Shown here piece after piece: positions 16,785 to 17,311 of a DNA stretch of 17,311 bases (positions are counted from its first letter, which is position 1; every line of letters starts with the position of its first letter). Position numbers and translations under genes: made by a program. The stretch spans positions 1 to 17,311 of the forward strand of contig JANOAV010000176.1 of the NCBI GenBank assembly GCA_031411295.1, in the 5' to 3' direction. The notes under the pieces were generated by a model, which was not told the origin of the DNA, did not search any database, and saw nothing but the letters and a program-made list of their open reading frames with translations. The stretch comes from Verrucomicrobiales bacterium (GTDB lineage: Bacteria > Verrucomicrobiota > Verrucomicrobiia > Verrucomicrobiales > V1-33).

Positions 16785-17311
16785 GTTTTGATCTTGCCCC
16801 CACAGGGGCTAAATGGTAAGTCGCTTTACAAGACGAACACGCAGACGTTTTAGTTTTGATCTTGCCCCCACAGGGGCTAAATGGTAAGGAGGGCGGGGAT
16901 TTTGTTGGCGCTGAAGGTTTGTTTTGATCTTGCCCCCACAGGGGCTAAATGGTAAGTTGTTAGTGCGGCGACCGGGGCCACTCCGTTTGTTTTGATCTTG
17001 CCCCCACAGGGGCTAAATGGTAAGTGATTTGAGGCTGTATCCCGACTGTAACGACGGTTTTGATCTTGCCCCCACAGGGGCTAAATGGTAAGGTGATGTT
17101 GATTTCCTCCAGGAAGAATATCGCGTTTTGATCTTGCCCCCACAGGGGCTAAATGGTAAGATTGTGGCGCACTGGATCCGAGAGCGACTGGGGTTTTGAT
17201 CTTGCCCCCACAGGGGCTAAATGGTAAGTAGCCGGGCCGATTTACTGGGCCCTGACTTTAGTTTTGATCTTGCCCCCACAGGGGCTAAATGGTAAGATAG
17301 TATCCGAACCG
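16785..17311. CRISPR. CRISPR array, 36-bp repeat GTTTTGATCTTGCCCCCACAGGGGCTAAATGGTAAG, 32-bp spacers; runs off the right edge
   Basis: 8 identical repeats at 16785, 16853, 16921, 16989, 17057, 17125, 17193 and 17261, with 7 unique 32-bp spacers plus a partial one. Internal hairpin GCCCC-caca-GGGGC. Confidence 0.98.

Overview
Bacterial chromosomal window; gene content suggests the PVC group, probably Verrucomicrobiota (inference). From left to right: the 5' end of a type IV pilin-like gene (-); a Mn/Fe/Zn ABC importer operon (-) in which one permease carries a C-terminal DtxR-like domain; a divergent MntR regulator with a perfect palindromic operator; several hypothetical or housekeeping genes (tandem ACT protein, TIM-barrel sugar-phosphate isomerase, HU/IHF protein, SET-domain protein, DUF883-like protein); and three tandem PilT/PilU-family ATPases. 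An accessory end region follows, with a collagen-like protein, a REP-like hairpin and an FN3-like protein. It ends in a CRISPR array (8 identical 36-bp repeats, invariant 32-bp spacers) that runs off the window, with no cas genes visible. The most unusual feature is a non-coding array of 14-16 units at an exact 22-bp period (ACCATGAGGTCAT + 9 variable nt). It lies directly beside the putative CRISPR leader, has no indels, and decays away from the CRISPR.
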